In this document: positions 24,500 through 37,920 of the stretch, one piece after another | How positions within the stretch are numbered: the stretch's first letter is position 1 | Layout: every line of letters begins with the position of its first letter | Assembly (NCBI RefSeq): GCF_002113885.1 | Contig: NW_018404662.1 | Span: 1,040,114 to 1,104,113 of the forward strand | Length of the DNA stretch: 64,000 bases | Direction of reading: 5' to 3' | Origin: Mizuhopecten yessoensis | Taxonomy: Eukaryota | Notes under the pieces: generated by a model | The model's database searches: none | What the model was told of the DNA's origin: nothing | What the model saw: only the letters and a program-made list of their open reading frames with translations | Program-made: the position numbers and the translations under genes

Positions 24500-27400
24500 G
24501 TCAGGCCGGAAAATGCCAAATTTCCACAAATGAGAGATGTTGTTTCCTGCTAAATGTTCAGCATTTTTGGTCAGCGTAACGACTACAGGTGTTGCAGCAT
24601 GACTGGGTGGAGTAGAGTGGTGTGTACCTTCGGTATGATATTTCAGTGAAGTAGCAATAACGCCACTGGGTGGAGTAGAGTGGTGTGCGCCTTCGGTATG
24701 ATATTTCAGCGAAGTAGCACTCTATAACGTGCTAAATGTTCAGCATTTTTGGTCAGCGTAACGACTACAGGTGTTGCAGCATGGCTGGGTGGAGTAGAGT
24801 GGTGTGCGCCTTCGGTATGATATTTCAGCGAAGTAGCACTCTATAACGTGCTAAATGTTCAGCATTTTTGGTCAGCGTAACGACTACAGGTGTTGCAGCA
24901 TGGCTGGGTGGAGTAGAGTGGTGTGTACCTACGGTATGATATTTCAGTGAAGAAGCACTCTATAACGTGACTGGGTAGAGTAGAGGGGTGTGCCTTCGGT
25001 ATGATATTTAAGTGAAATAGCACTCTATAACGCCACTGGGTGGAGTAGAGTGGTGTGTGCCTTCGGTATGATATTTCAGTGAAGTAGCACTCTATAACGT
25101 GACTGGGTTGAGTAGAGTGGTGTGTACCTTCGGTATGATATTTCAGTGAAGTAGCACTCTATAAATTGACTGGGTGGATTAGAGTGATGTGTGCCTTCGG
25201 TATGATATTTCAGTGAAGTAGCACTATATAACGTGACTGGGTAGAGTAGAGTGGTGTGCCTTCGGTATGATATTTAAGTGAAATAGCACTCTATAACGTG
25301 ACTGGGTGGAGCAGAGGGGTGTGTGCCTTCGGTTTGATATTTCAGTGAAGTAGCACTCTATAACGTGACTGGGTGGAGTAGAGTGGTGTGTGCCTTCGGT
25401 ATGATATTTCAGTGAAGTAGCACTCTATAACGTGACTGGATGGAGTAGAGAGGTGTGTACCTTCGGTATGATATTTCAGTGAAGTAGCACTCTATAACGT
25501 GACTGGTTGGAGTAGAGTGGTGTGTGCCTCGGTATGATATTTCAGTGTAATAGCACTCTATAACGTGACTGGGTTGAGTAGAGTGGTGTGTACCTTCGGT
25601 ATGATATTTCAATGAAGTAGCACTCTATAACGTGACTGGGTTGAGTAGAGTGGTGTGTGCCTTCGGTATGATATTTCAGTGAAGAAGCACTCTATAACGT
25701 GACTGGGTGGAGTAGAGTGATGTGGGCCTTCGGTATGATATTTCAGTGAAGTAGCACTCTATAACGTGAGTGGGTGGAGTGAAATAGCACTCTATAAAGT
25801 GACTGGGTGGAGTAGAGTGATGTGTGCCTTCGGTATGATATTTCAGTGAAGAAACAACCTTCGGTATGATATTTCAGTGAAGTAGCACTCTATAACGTGA
25901 CTGGGTGGAGTAGAGTGGTGTGTGCTTTCGGTATGATATTTCAGTGAAGTAGCAATCTATTACGTGACTGGGGGGAGTAGAGTGGTGTGTGCCTTCGGTA
26001 TGATATTTCAGTGAAGAAGGACTCTATAACGTGACTGGGTGGAGTAGAGTGATGGGTGCCTTCGGTATGATATTTCAGTGAAGTAGCACGCTATAACGTG
26101 ACTGGGTGGAGTAGAGTGATGTGGGCCTTCGGTATGATATTTCAGTGAAGTAGCACTTTATAACGTGACTGGGTGGAGTAGAGTGATGCGTGCCTTCGGT
26201 ATGATATTTCAGTGAAGTAGCACTTTATAACGTGACTGGGTGGAGTAGAGTGATGTGTGCTTTCGGTGTGATATTTCAGTGAAGTAGCAATCTATTACGT
26301 GACTGGGTGGAGTAGAGTGGTGTGTGCCTTTGGTATGATATTTCAGTGAAGTAGCACTCTATAACGTGACTGGATGGAGTAGAGTGGTGTGTGCCTTCGG
26401 TATGACATTTCAGTGAAGTAGCACTCTATAACGTGAGTGGATGGAGTAGAGTGGTGTGTGCCTTCGGTATTTTCAGTGAAGTAGCACTCTATAACGTGAC
26501 TGGATGGAGTAGAGTGGTGTGTGCCTTCGGTATGACATTTCAGTGAAGTAGCACTCTATAACGTGAGTGGATGGAGTAGAGTGGTGTGTGCCTTCGGTAT
26601 GACATTTCAGTGAAGTAGCACTCTATAACGTGAGTGGATGGAGTAGAGTGGTGTGTGCCTTCGGTATTTTCAGTGAAGTAGCACTCTATAACGTGACTGG
26701 TTGGAGGACAGTGGTGTGTGCCTCGGTATGATATTTCAGTGTAGTGTGTGCCTTCGGTATGATATTTCAGTGAAGTAGCCCTCTATAACGTGACTTGGTG
26801 GAGTAGAGTGGTGTGTACCTTCGGTACGATATTTCAGTGAAGTAGCACTCTATAACGTGACTTGGTGGAGTAGAGTGGCGTGTGCCTTCGGTACGATATT
26901 TCAGTGAAGTAGCAATCTATAACGTGACTGGATGGAGTAGGGTGGTGTGTGCCTTCGGTATGATATTTCAGTGAAGAAGCACTCTATAACGTGACTGGGT
27001 TGAGTAGAGTGGTGTGTGCCTTCGGGATGATATTTCAGTGAAGTAGCACTCTATAACGTAACTGGATGGAGTAGAGTGGTGTGTGCCTTCGGTATTTTCA
27101 GTGAAGTAGCACTCTATAACGTGACTGGTTGGAGGACAGTGGTGTGTGCCTCGGTATGATATTTCAGTGTAATAGCACTCTATAACGTGACTGGGTTGAG
27201 TAGAGTGGTGTGTGCCTTCGGGATGATATTTCAGTGAAGTAGCACTCTATAACGTAACTGGATGGAGTAGAGTGGTGTGTGCCTTCGGTATGACATTTCA
27301 GTGAAGTAGCACTCTATAACGTGAGTGGATGGAGTAGAGTGGTGTGTGCCTTCGGTATGATGTTTCAGTGAAGTAGCACTCTATAACGTGACTGGATGGA

Positions 27401-30343
27401 GTAGAGTGGTGTGTGCCTTCGGTATGACATTTCAGTGAAGTAGCACTCTATAACGTGAGTGGATGGAGTAGAGTGGTGTGTGCCTTCGGTATGATGTTTC
27501 AGTGAAGTAGCACTCTATAACGTGACTGGTTGGAGGACAGTGGTGTGTGCCTCGGTATGATATTTCAGTGTAATAGCACTCTATAACGTGACTGGGTTGA
27601 GTAGAGTGGTGTGTGCCTTCGGGATGATATTTCAGTGAAGTAGCACTCTATAACGTAACTGGATGGAGTAGAGTGGTGTGTGCCTTCGGTATGACATTTC
27701 AGTGAAGTAGCACTCTATAACGTGAGTGGATGGAGTAGAGTGGTGTGTGCCTTCGGTATGACATTTCAGTGAAGTAGCACTCTATAACGTGAGTGGATGG
27801 AGTAGAGTGGTGTGTGCCTTCGGTATTTTCAGTGAAGTAGCACTCTATAACGTGACTGGGTAGACTAGAGTGGTGTGCCTTCGGTATGATATTTAAGTGA
27901 AATAGCACTCTATAACGTGACTGGGTGGAGTAGAGTGATGTGTGCTTTCGGTATGATATTTCAGTGAAGTAGCAATCTATTACGTGACTGGGTGGAGTAG
28001 AGTGGTGTGTGCCTTCGGTATGATATTTCAGTGAAGTAGCACTCTATAACGTGACTGGATGGAGTAGAGTGGTGTGTACCTCCGGTATGATATTTCAGTG
28101 AAGTAGCACTCTATAACGTAACTGGATGGAGTAGAGTGGTGTGTGCCTTCGGTATGACATTTCAGTGAAGTAGCACTCTATAACGTGACTAGATGGAGTA
28201 GAGAGGTGTGTACCTTCGGTATGATATTTCAGTGAAGTAGCAATCTATTACGTGACTGGGTGGTGTAGAGTGGTGTGTGCCTTCGGTATGATATTTCAGT
28301 GAAGTAGCACTCTTTAACGTGACTGGGTGGAGTAGAGTGATGTGTGCCTTTGGTATGATATTTCAGTGAAGTAGCACTCTATAACGTGACTGGGTGGAGG
28401 AGAGTGGTGTATACCTTCGGTATGATATTTCAGTGAAGTAGCACTCTATAACGTGACTGGGTGGAGTAGAGTGGCGTGGGCCTTCGGTATGATATTTCAG
28501 TGTAGTAGAACTTTATAACGTGACTGGGTGGAGGAGAGTGGTGTATAACTTCGGTATGATATTTCAGTGAAGTAGCTCTCTATAACGTGACTGGGTGGAG
28601 TAGAGTAATGTGTGCCTTCGGTACGATATTTCAGTGAAGAAGCACTCTATAACGTGACTGGGTGGAGTAGTGATGTGTGCCTTCGGTACGATATTTCAGT
28701 GAAGTAGCACTCTATAACGTGACTGGATGGAGTAGTGGGTGTGTGCCTTCGGTATGATATTTCAGTGAAATAGCACTCTATAACGTGACTGGGTGGAGTA
28801 GAGTGGTGTGTACCTTCGGTATGATATCTCAGTGAAGTAGCACTCTATAACGTGACTGGGTGGAGTAGAGAGGTGTGTACCTTCGGTATGATATATCAGT
28901 GAAGTAGCACTCTATAACGTGACTGGTTGGAGGACAGTGGTGTGTGCCTCGGTATGATATTTCAGTGTAATAGCACTCTATAACGTGACTGGGTGGAGTA
29001 GAGAGGTGTGTACCTTCGGTATGATATATCAGTGAAGTAGCACTCTATAACGTGACTGGGTGAAGTAGAGTGGTGTGTACCTTCGGTATGATATCTCAGT
29101 GAAGTAGCACTCTATAACGTGACTGGGTGAAGTAGAGTGGTGTGTACCTTCGGTATGATATCTCAGTGAAGTAGCACTCTATAACGTGACTGGATGGAGG
29201 AGTGGGTGTGTGCCTTCGGTATGATATTTCAGTGAAATTTCAGTGAAGTAGCACTCTATAACGTGACTTGGTGGAGTAGAGTGGTGTGTGCCTTCGGTAT
29301 GATACTTCAGTGAAGTAGCACTCTATAACGTGACTGGATGGAGTATAGTGGTGTGTGCCTTCGGTATGATATTTCAGTGAAATTTCAGTGAAGTAGCACT
29401 CTATAACGTGACTTGGTGGAGTAGAGTGGTGTGCGCCTTCGGTATGATGTTTCAGTGAAGTAGCACTCTATAACGTGACTTGGTGGAGTAGAGTGGTGTG
29501 CGCCTTCGGTATGATGTTTCAGTGAAGTAGCACTCTATAACGTGACTTGGTGGAGTAGAGTGGTGTGTGCCTTCGGGATGATATTTCAGTGAAATAGCAC
29601 TCTATAACGTGACTGGGTGGAGGAGAGTGGTGTATACCTTCGGTATGATATTTCAGTGAAGTAGCAACCTATAACGTGACTGGGTGGAGTAGAGTGGTGT
29701 CTGCCTTCGGTATGATATTTCAGTGAAGTAGCTCTCTATAACGTGACTGGGTGGAGTAGAGGGGTGTGTGCCTTCGGTATGATATTTCAGTGAACTAGCA
29801 ACCTATAACGTGACTGGGTTGAGTAGAGTGGTGTGTACCTTCGGTATGATATCTCAGTGAAGTAGCACTCTATAACGTGACTGGGTGAAGTAGAGTGGTG
29901 TGTACCTTCGGTATGATATCTCAGTGAAGTAGCACTCTATAACGTGACTGGGAGGAGTAGAGTGGTGTGTACCTTCGGTATGATGTTTCAGTGAAGTAGC
30001 ACTCTATAACGTGACTTGGTGGAGTAGAGTGGTGTGCGCCTTCGGTATGATGTTTCAGTGAAGTAGCACTCTATAACGTGACTTGGTGGAGTAGAGTGGT
30101 GTGTGCCTTCGGGATGATATTTCAGTGAAATAGCACTCTATAACGTGACTGGGTGGAGTAGAGAGGTGTGTACCTTCGGTATGATATATCAGTGAAGTAG
30201 CACTCTATAACGTGACTGGGTGAAGTAGAGTGGTGTGTACCTTCGGTATGATATTTCAGTGAAGTAGCTTTCTATAACGTGACTGGGTGGATTAGAGTGG
30301 TGTGTACCTTCGGTATGATATTTCAGTGAAGTAGCACTCTATA
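24500..30343 (+). repeat. 67-bp satellite (about 85 copies) derived from a Meta-type SINE
   Basis: Unit GTGACTGGGTGGAGTAGAGTGGTGTGTGCCTTCGGTATGATATTTCAGTGAAGTAGCACTCTATAAC; 119-bp units at the 5' edge. Confidence 0.97.
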
Positions 30344-31359
30344 TGTATGTGCTTACATATTTTATAACATAGATTATTTATATTTTATGATGGCCGAGCG
30401 GAGCGAGTGTTAACAAATTCTTTGAAACAATGGTATAAATGTAGGTTTTTGGTTAAAATGTTGATGTTTGTGTCATGCCTTTCATGTGCATGTAGTTTAG
30501 GCCAGGGTTTTGGCAATTAAATATTGATTTAGTTTATCATAAAAATGAATTATGATTTGAATGTTTATACAAGGGCAACACCTGTTAAAAAGGATATATA
30601 TATATAACAGGTATAATGAATCACTCCTGGTGATCATGTGTACATGAAACCACAAGTGAAAATACAGGTTTATCTATCATGAAATGGACTCTACCTTTGA
30701 AATAACAAGTACCATATAAACCTAATTCCAACAGATGGTTTTATCCTCTCTGCACGAACAGGGTGATCACCACACCGTGACATTAGAACAATACAATTAG
30801 GTAGACAGTCAGTTGAGCCTTCAACACTGACCTGACTGGAGACCCTACTATTAATGTATCAACAAAAGAGGATTAATCCCCTATTGTTTAGAGTATAAGT
30901 AGTGGACTCCTTGTTTGGGAAACTGCACCCTTAGGCATATAATAATAATAATAATAATAATAATATTTATTTAGGTAAAATAGGCATGTTATTACTAGAT
31001 ATCACAATTTAGAATAACATATATAATTTAAATCACATTGCAGCTTGTAAATAAAAAAGGGTATTTTGTATTAAGACTGAGAATAATAATAGATCTTACC
31101 TAATAAAAGTTTTATTAAATCAATCATTGACATATATCACAGAGTACAAAAATCTAAAAAAAGTCTGATACACTGTAAAAAAAAAAGGCAGACATTACTA
31201 TAAAATGAGACAAAATGAGACAGACTATTTTAGTAAATGAAGGTATTTATAAATAAAAAACAAGATCGCATAATAGGAATGGTGGTGATTGCCATTTACC
31301 TAGGATTGCCCTTAAAGCCACAAAGTGGCTTATTTCCAATGGGGCCCTTATATATATTT

Positions 31360-31520
31360 AAGGAATGACCAAGATTTTGTTTTGGTATATACGGTAGACT
31401 ATATACCGAAAAAAAAAATGTGCACTTTGCATAAATCCGCGCAGCGGTTTATACAAAAAGGTGCACAATCTTTTTTCGGTATATACCGTATTTACCAAAA
31501 CAAAATCTTGGGCATTCTTT
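31360..31520. repeat. Long imperfect palindrome (about 75-bp arms, GCA loop)
   Basis: CCAAGATTTTGTTTTGGTA...CCGC-GCA-GCGG...TACCAAAACAAAATCTTGG. Confidence 0.9.
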
Positions 31521-32525
31521 ATAATTTAATTTTAAAAAAGTAGACAAACACGTTGCAAATGCACAGTTAAAGATTTATTTTATTTTTACGTAAACTAAAC
31601 AATTGCGCTAAAAAAAAGCTGCGTTGTAATTTTGCATTCTGAAGTGTAAAAAGTAGTTCCGTCATCAGTTGTTTTTCTTTTTAGGTATATACGATATATA
31701 CCAAAAAAAATATCTTGGAGGAAATAGGCAAAATTAAATTATATATAGATATTCAAACTGCTGTTTGCCATAGAAAATCATAGTTCACATGATGGTTGAT
31801 ATTAGAAGAAAATCCCATATGAAAAAGAGAAAAAAACTTCAAAAACCTAAGTCCAGATTATTTTTGGACACAGAAAAAAGGGTGTTGCCCGGGCAACTAG
31901 GGAAACACCCCCGGGTCCGCCACTGAGACTGATCAGTACTGTGTTCGGTCCGGCATAAGGCCTACTAGGCCCTAATAGTAATAGCCGTTTTAGACTCGTC
32001 GATGCCTAAGTTAATGTCGCAAGGGGATGTTGTTTTGTGAACCTACAGCTGCTTGGAAGATTTCATGTATCAAATTGTTCTTCGAAGATGATGCGGGTTT
32101 TTCGTTGGATTTGCAGCCATGCATGTTTCCGATGTTGACAACTTTAAAAAATACTAATAATAAAATCGGCACCAGGTACCCTAGGTTGGAACTTCCGGAT
32201 ACGTAATGAAATCGAGTGTTTAAATTTAATATATTTTTTAATTAAACCACACATCATTTAATCACTTTTCCGAACTACAAAATAAATAAGTAAATAAATA
32301 AATAAAAATATAATAGTATATTTGAATTTTTGCTTATTTGCTTACGTGGCAGCTACGCGTCTGACCATCAGCACACAAGCATACACTACACACATGGTTG
32401 TACGTCCTTCATTTGCCTAAGCTAAATCACAGGAGTCTGAAGTTCTGACAAAACTTTAATAGTAACAGTGATACGAAAACCCCCAGCTATTATATGTTTT
32501 TCAGGAGTTTTAAGCAGTTTTTACT

Positions 32526-32700
32526 TAAGGCCAAAAAAAAAGGTGTCTGTTTCGGGTTCCCGACCGACCCTAGCTTTTTACCCCTAACACAAAACTTTTT
32601 GATGAACAAAAAAAAAAAAAAAACTTTTATTTAAAAAAAACCCTGCTGATTTTCGAATTTTAAAAGGTTCCTTGCCTTTCAAAATGGCTTCCAGCTCCGT
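32526..32700. mobile_element. Kolobok-like non-autonomous element end (TTAA-GG...)
   Basis: TTAAGGCCAAAAAAAAA...CCGACCGACCCTA terminus; the opposite end was not found. Confidence 0.4.
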
Positions 32701-33689
32701 GTTGGCGCTAAATGTAATCATATGGAGCACAACTGGTCTCCAAATGAACCTTGTTTATGTAATTCTTTGTTTTACATACAATAGTAGGGTCATAATCACA
32801 TGACCAAAAACATATAAAAAAATAAAATAAAAAAACGTGATTTACTTTTCCTGTCAGATCAAAACAAAAATCCCAAACGTATAAATATGTAACACTCACG
32901 GATGATATCTGTTTGAACTTTATAAAAAGACAAAGTTCTCATAGGAAAGTTTTTTGTCGTCCGATTCATTAGTATTCTTTCTACAATTAGACGAATCATA
33001 ACTTGATATGCCTGTAGACTATTTTCTGTTAGGCTTCATCCTCTTACTAAACAAGATAGAAAAAAAAATCGTCATATACAATAATCGCTACATAAAGTCA
33101 AAGAAACATCTTTAAGTGATTTAACACTATAATCTACATTTGGGCAGTACGGATGCAGTTTATATCGTTTATATAACGTTTGTAAAACACGCAGAAAAAA
33201 GGACGAAAAAACTACTTCCAAGTTTATGCACTGAAATTGTGACGAACGATGTGTTCCGAAATCCCGGATTTTAATTCCCAGTTTCTTTTTACTCATTGTA
33301 GCTTTTTTTCCTCGTACAACATACCAGTAAAGTGACTACAGACTACCATGCACAAATATTCGATTAATAAATCCCCTACTAGGGAAATCAAAGGAATTCT
33401 ATGTTGCATCTCGTCCGTCCATCCCTCTCATAATTTCTGTGATGACCATACTTTTTGTACAGCTTATTATATTTATGAAATCAAGTATATGTGTATTTCT
33501 ATGGTATTCTTTTTCGGAATAACGGTAAACCCACACTGCGTGTCAAGGTTACAGAGAGAGTTAATGGTTAATAACCCATGAAAGGTTAAATTGCTGTTTT
33601 ATGAAACTTCATAGATGCATACATAAGTCATATATCACAACTGGACGGTGTATGTGTCGCGGACTTCCTGGGGCTTGTATCCAAACTCA

Positions 33690-34040
33690 CAATGTTTGAC
33701 CTGGAATATGCGTCAAGTGTATCATGGAACCCTTACAAGGTGAAAGATATTGAATTTATAGAGAAAATTCAGATGAGAGCACCAAACTCATCCCTGGTTT
33801 TAAGAACTTATTAACACCGTATAGCTTTAGATGTCTCTGCAAAGTTTAAACCTCCCAACCTTGGAACACCGAAAGTCAAGAGGAAACCTAATTAACGTCT
33901 TCAAAATTCTAACCAACATTTTTGATTGAAGAGTCACTTCAAACTGGTTCCAGGCAAGAGATTACTCACAGAAAAATATCCAACAAGCGATGTCGCTTAG
34001 ACAACAGAAACACTTTTTTCATCTTTTGCGTAGTTTACCG
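33690..34040 (+). mobile_element. Degenerate CR1-type LINE ORF2 3' fragment
   Basis: LEYASSV/WNPYKVKDIEFIEKIQMRA/LPTLEHRKSRGNLINVFKIL with frameshifts. Confidence 0.8.
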
Positions 34041-34171
34041 CAAAATATGTCATTGTGAAGGAAATGAGAAATAATATACATTTCAAATATTGATTGACAT
34101 TTCAAAAATACTCTAAAATTATATAAATAATGAATTTATTAATGGAATGATTTGGACAAAGAAGCTAACAG

Positions 34172-34200
34172 CACGGAATTAGATTAGATCTAAGTCCGTG
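34172..34200. mobile_element. 29-bp micro-MITE with 7-bp target-site duplication
   Basis: CTAACAG|CACGGA...TCCGTG|CTAACAG. Confidence 0.8.
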
Positions 34201-34422
34201 CTAACAGCCTGCGTCCTTGTTATCTATTAATTTAATCGTATTATATCATATTACGGATTTAAACTAATCTAATATTCCGTCTGACATAAAAATAGTATAA
34301 ACATTTGAAAGCAAATATATACGAGTTACTTAAGATTAGATAACAACAGCTCCTGCTTCTACTCGGTAAAATAAAGTTTGTATCGTATAAGTGCCTATTT
34401 TTACGCTTCATGGCGTAGACAG

Positions 34423-34458
34423 GTCACATGATCAGAGATAGGTAGTAAATCACGTGAC
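34423..34458. promoter_or_regulatory. Paired CLEAR/USF-type E-boxes, putative promoter
   Basis: GTCACATGAT (34423) and ATCACGTGAC (34449) in a CpG-rich patch upstream of a strong donor. Confidence 0.6.
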
Positions 34459-34583
34459 TTAATATGGTGGACGACTCGCCCCCGATCCAAGGACGTGAGT
34501 CCATCAGCTGATAATCTGAAGTTGAAGTTTGGACCTAGGGGTTCCCAAAGAACACCCCTATTAGATGAAAACCTAGAGGACCG

Positions 34584-34626
34584 ATGGACCAGTCCAATAT
34601 GAGCGATACCTCGTCAAACAGTGAAG
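34584..34626 (+). CDS. Putative first coding exon of an unidentified gene (MDQSNMSDTSSNSE, phase 1)
   Basis: ATG with an upstream in-frame stop, donor AAG|GTAAGA, promoter motifs about 130 bp upstream. Confidence 0.5.
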
Positions 34627-35289
34627 GTAAGACGAAATAAGAAGGTGTCAGAAAGTAGTATCATCCGTGTGACGTAGAAGCTTGGTCAGACATAGCGTTC
34701 ACATTCGCAGGCCTAATACACATGACAACAAACAAAACGTACTCATCCTACCAGAATTATCGTGACACACAGTTGTAGCTATATATTCATTATTATTAAA
34801 TTGTGGAAATATTCAACGAACCGTGCTTATTCCTTTTACGTTTCGTTAAATCGAGATAATATTTAGACTCGATCCGGTTTATATTTCATCATTTGTTCAC
34901 ATTGGCTAATATGTTGAAATAGCAAGGTATTTGGTCATATGGGGTGACAACAGATTTCATGAAACGACTGAAATTGTTTGTGTCCCACAATGACGTAGTT
35001 CACGAGACTGAAAGTTGGAAATCATAATGCGAACATGCATTGGTGTAAAGTACTTTGAAGATTCAGATCTGTCAGTCATCGTTCGGGGGTCTTCAGGGGT
35101 ATCTGACTGAATATATTTTGTAATAGTGCTAAGTGGTTGTCAGTTATATGTCTGAACCATCAAAATGAGTTACAACTACTTCAGTTCAGTATAAATGATC
35201 AATTTCAGGTCATCTGCGACAGAATCCGACCCCTCGGTTATAGTTACCCATGCATAATTCACATATTATTCAGGTATGGCAGGTTTTAA

Positions 35290-36646
35290 TTCTTCTTCTT
35301 TCGGTTCAGTGCAACACCACTTAAGTATTTTTCACACTCTGCGTGACAGGGTGAGCGTCTATGTACAGCAGTGCACGCTATAATGGATAAAATGTTAAAA
35401 ACAGAGTGGACGTCTACTGTTCGGCAGCCCTGGACACCTGCATTGGTGTTAAAGCTGTCCAGGCTCTCGGCCTCCTACGCCCCTCCTGGCAATCTGTTCC
35501 ATAGCCTGATAGGTCTTGTACACTGTTGTCATATATAGTACGTGGCACAAAGAAACGCAGGGTGTGGCCTCTGGTCCGCAGTATTAATTATCATGTCGCT
35601 GGGATGTCCACAAGGTTATAGACTATTCTATATAGCATGACGGCTTGGGTTGTTTCCTGGCGGGTCTGGAGTGACTGCCAATGGAGTTGCTGTAGCATAG
35701 ATGTTACACTGCTTGTGCGTTGGTAATCTCCAGTAGCGAATCTAGCAGCCATACACTGCACAGCCTCAATTTTGGTGATGTTCTCATTCTTAGCGAGGCT
35801 CCACATGCTAGAGGCATATTCGATGGTGGGTTGCACTTAGCGCGGAGTAGCACTGTGCCTTGATGTGGGGTGATCTTGTCTATGTGCGTGTCCCAGCTGA
35901 GACTTTTGTGAAATGTCAAGCCAAGGCATTTTGCAGAATCGACCATGTTCATTACCTGGCCATGGGTCGAGATGTCGGCAAGCAGTGGGGACTTCCGGTT
36001 TGTAACCTGCAGCACTTCACACTTATCCAGGTTGAACTGCATTAGCCATTGGTCCTCCCAATGTTGAAGCTTGTCAAGGTCTCTCTGTAGGATGGCCTGG
36101 TCCTATGGCGACTTGATCCTCCTGTACATCAGGCAGTCATCTGCGAAAAGTTGTGTAGTTGATAAGACTAATGATGACAAGTCGTTGAAGAAGATCAAGA
36201 AGAGCAGTGAGCATAAGACAGTTCCCTGGGGGATGCCTGATGAAACGACACATTGTGTACGGCCTTTAGAAAATCTCGCTATCCAATCCTGGTTGTGGCC
36301 CTTGATGCCATAATGGTGTTGTTTCATTAGCCATCGATTGTGTGGGACCTTGTTGAAGGCCTTGCAGAAATCCAGAAGTATACTTCTACCTGCTCTCCGA
36401 TGTCTAGACTATGTGCAAGATCATGGACTGACAGGATAAGTCAAGTCTCAGTGGAGCTTCGCTTCCGGAAACCATGTTGGCTATCTGTCAGCAGTCCATG
36501 GCTGTCCAAGTGGCTGATGATATGGCTGTTGACTACATGTTCAATGACCTTACTGCACACAGAGGTGAGTGACACTGGCCAGTAGTTGACTGGGAACTTC
36601 AGTCTCCCTTCTTGAAAAGTGGCGTGATGTTGACCGACTTCCATTC
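35290..36646 (-). mobile_element. CR1-clade LINE, decayed reverse transcriptase plus 3' UTR with (GAA)n tail
   Basis: ORF fragments NYWPVSLTSVCSK, QHGFRKRSSTET, SGIPQGTVL, LFADDC, MQFNLDKC, IEYASSMW. Confidence 0.95.
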
Positions 36647-36648
36647 AC

Positions 36649-37908
36649 TTTTTAGCCCACCATCATCGGATGGTGGGCTATTCAAATCACCCTGCATCCG
36701 TGGTCCGTGGTCCGTCATCCGTCCTTAAACAATTCTTGTTATCGCTATTTCTCAAGAAGTAGCTGAGGGATATTTCAAATTTTATATGTAGGTTCTCCTT
36801 GGTCTTTAGCTGTGCAGGGCAGTTTTTGAGACTGATCAGATAAACAACATGGCCGACAGGCAGCCATCTTGGATTTTGATAGTGAAAGTTTGTTATCGCT
36901 ATTTCTCAAGAAGTTCTAAAGGGATTTTTCGCAAATATTACATATAGGTTCCCCTTGGTCCTTAGCTGTGCAGGGCAGTTTTTGAGACTGATCAGATAAA
37001 CAACATGGCCGACAGGCAGCCATCTTGGATTTTGATAGTGAAAGTTTGTTATCGACATTTCTGAAGAAGGACCAGAGGGATCTTTCTCAAATTTTATATG
37101 TAGGTTTCCCTTGGTCCTGAGCTGTGCAGGGCAACTTTTGAGACTGATCGGATAAACAACATGGCCGACAGGCAGCCATCTTTGATTTTGATATTGAAAG
37201 TTTGTTATCGCTATTTCTCAAGACGCACTAGAGGGATCTTTCTCAAATTTTATATGTAGGTTTCCCTTGGTCCTGAGCTGTGCAGGGCATTTTTTGAGAC
37301 TGATCCAATTAACAACATGGCCGACAGGCAGCCATCTTGGATTTTGATATTGAAAGTTTGTTATCGCTATTTCTCAAGACGCACTAGAGGGATCTTTCTC
37401 AAATTTTATATGTAGGTTCCCCTTGGTCCTAGCTGTGCAGAGTAATTTTAGAGACTGATCGGATAAACAACATGGCCGTCAGGCAGCCATCTTGGATTTT
37501 GATATTGAAAGTTTATTTCGTTACTTCTCGGGAAGTACGGGAGGGATCTTTCTCAAATTTTAAATGTAGGTTCCCCTTGATCCCTCGTTGTGCATGTTAT
37601 ATTTTATATGTGAGACTGATCATAAAAACAAAATGGATTAAAAGAAGAACTAAACAGATCTTTCTCATATTGAAATGATAGATTCTATTTCTTTCACATT
37701 AAGTACTGTACTAGTAAATATGTGAAATGACAAACTCACTTTGAAGGTTGGCTTTCATACACATCAGTATTAAGTTTAGATCAAAAGTTACCTCAAGGTG
37801 CATTTACTGTTAACATGACTCAATCAAACAGATTAGAGGAAAGAAGAGAAAAGATCTAATGAAGGTGGTACAAAGGTGGGCGCCAAGATCCCTCTGGGAT
37901 CTCTTGTT
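36649..37908 (+). mobile_element. Non-autonomous Helentron/DINE-1-like element with about 5.5 internal 156-bp repeats
   Basis: TTTTTAGCCCACC...GGTGGGCTA 5' inverted repeat, TCCG microsatellite, core repeats, 3' GGTGGGCG plus GATCCC-TCT-GGGATC hairpin, T-rich flanks. Confidence 0.88.
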
Positions 37909-37920
37909 TTTCTGATCTTT

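Noticed and set aside
24598-30343. CRISPR-like or retrozyme/hammerhead array
   Set aside because: Contiguous tandem units with no unique spacers, eukaryotic context and no cas genes. The minus-strand CTGAAAT...CGAAG does not fit the CUGANGA...GAAA hammerhead core.
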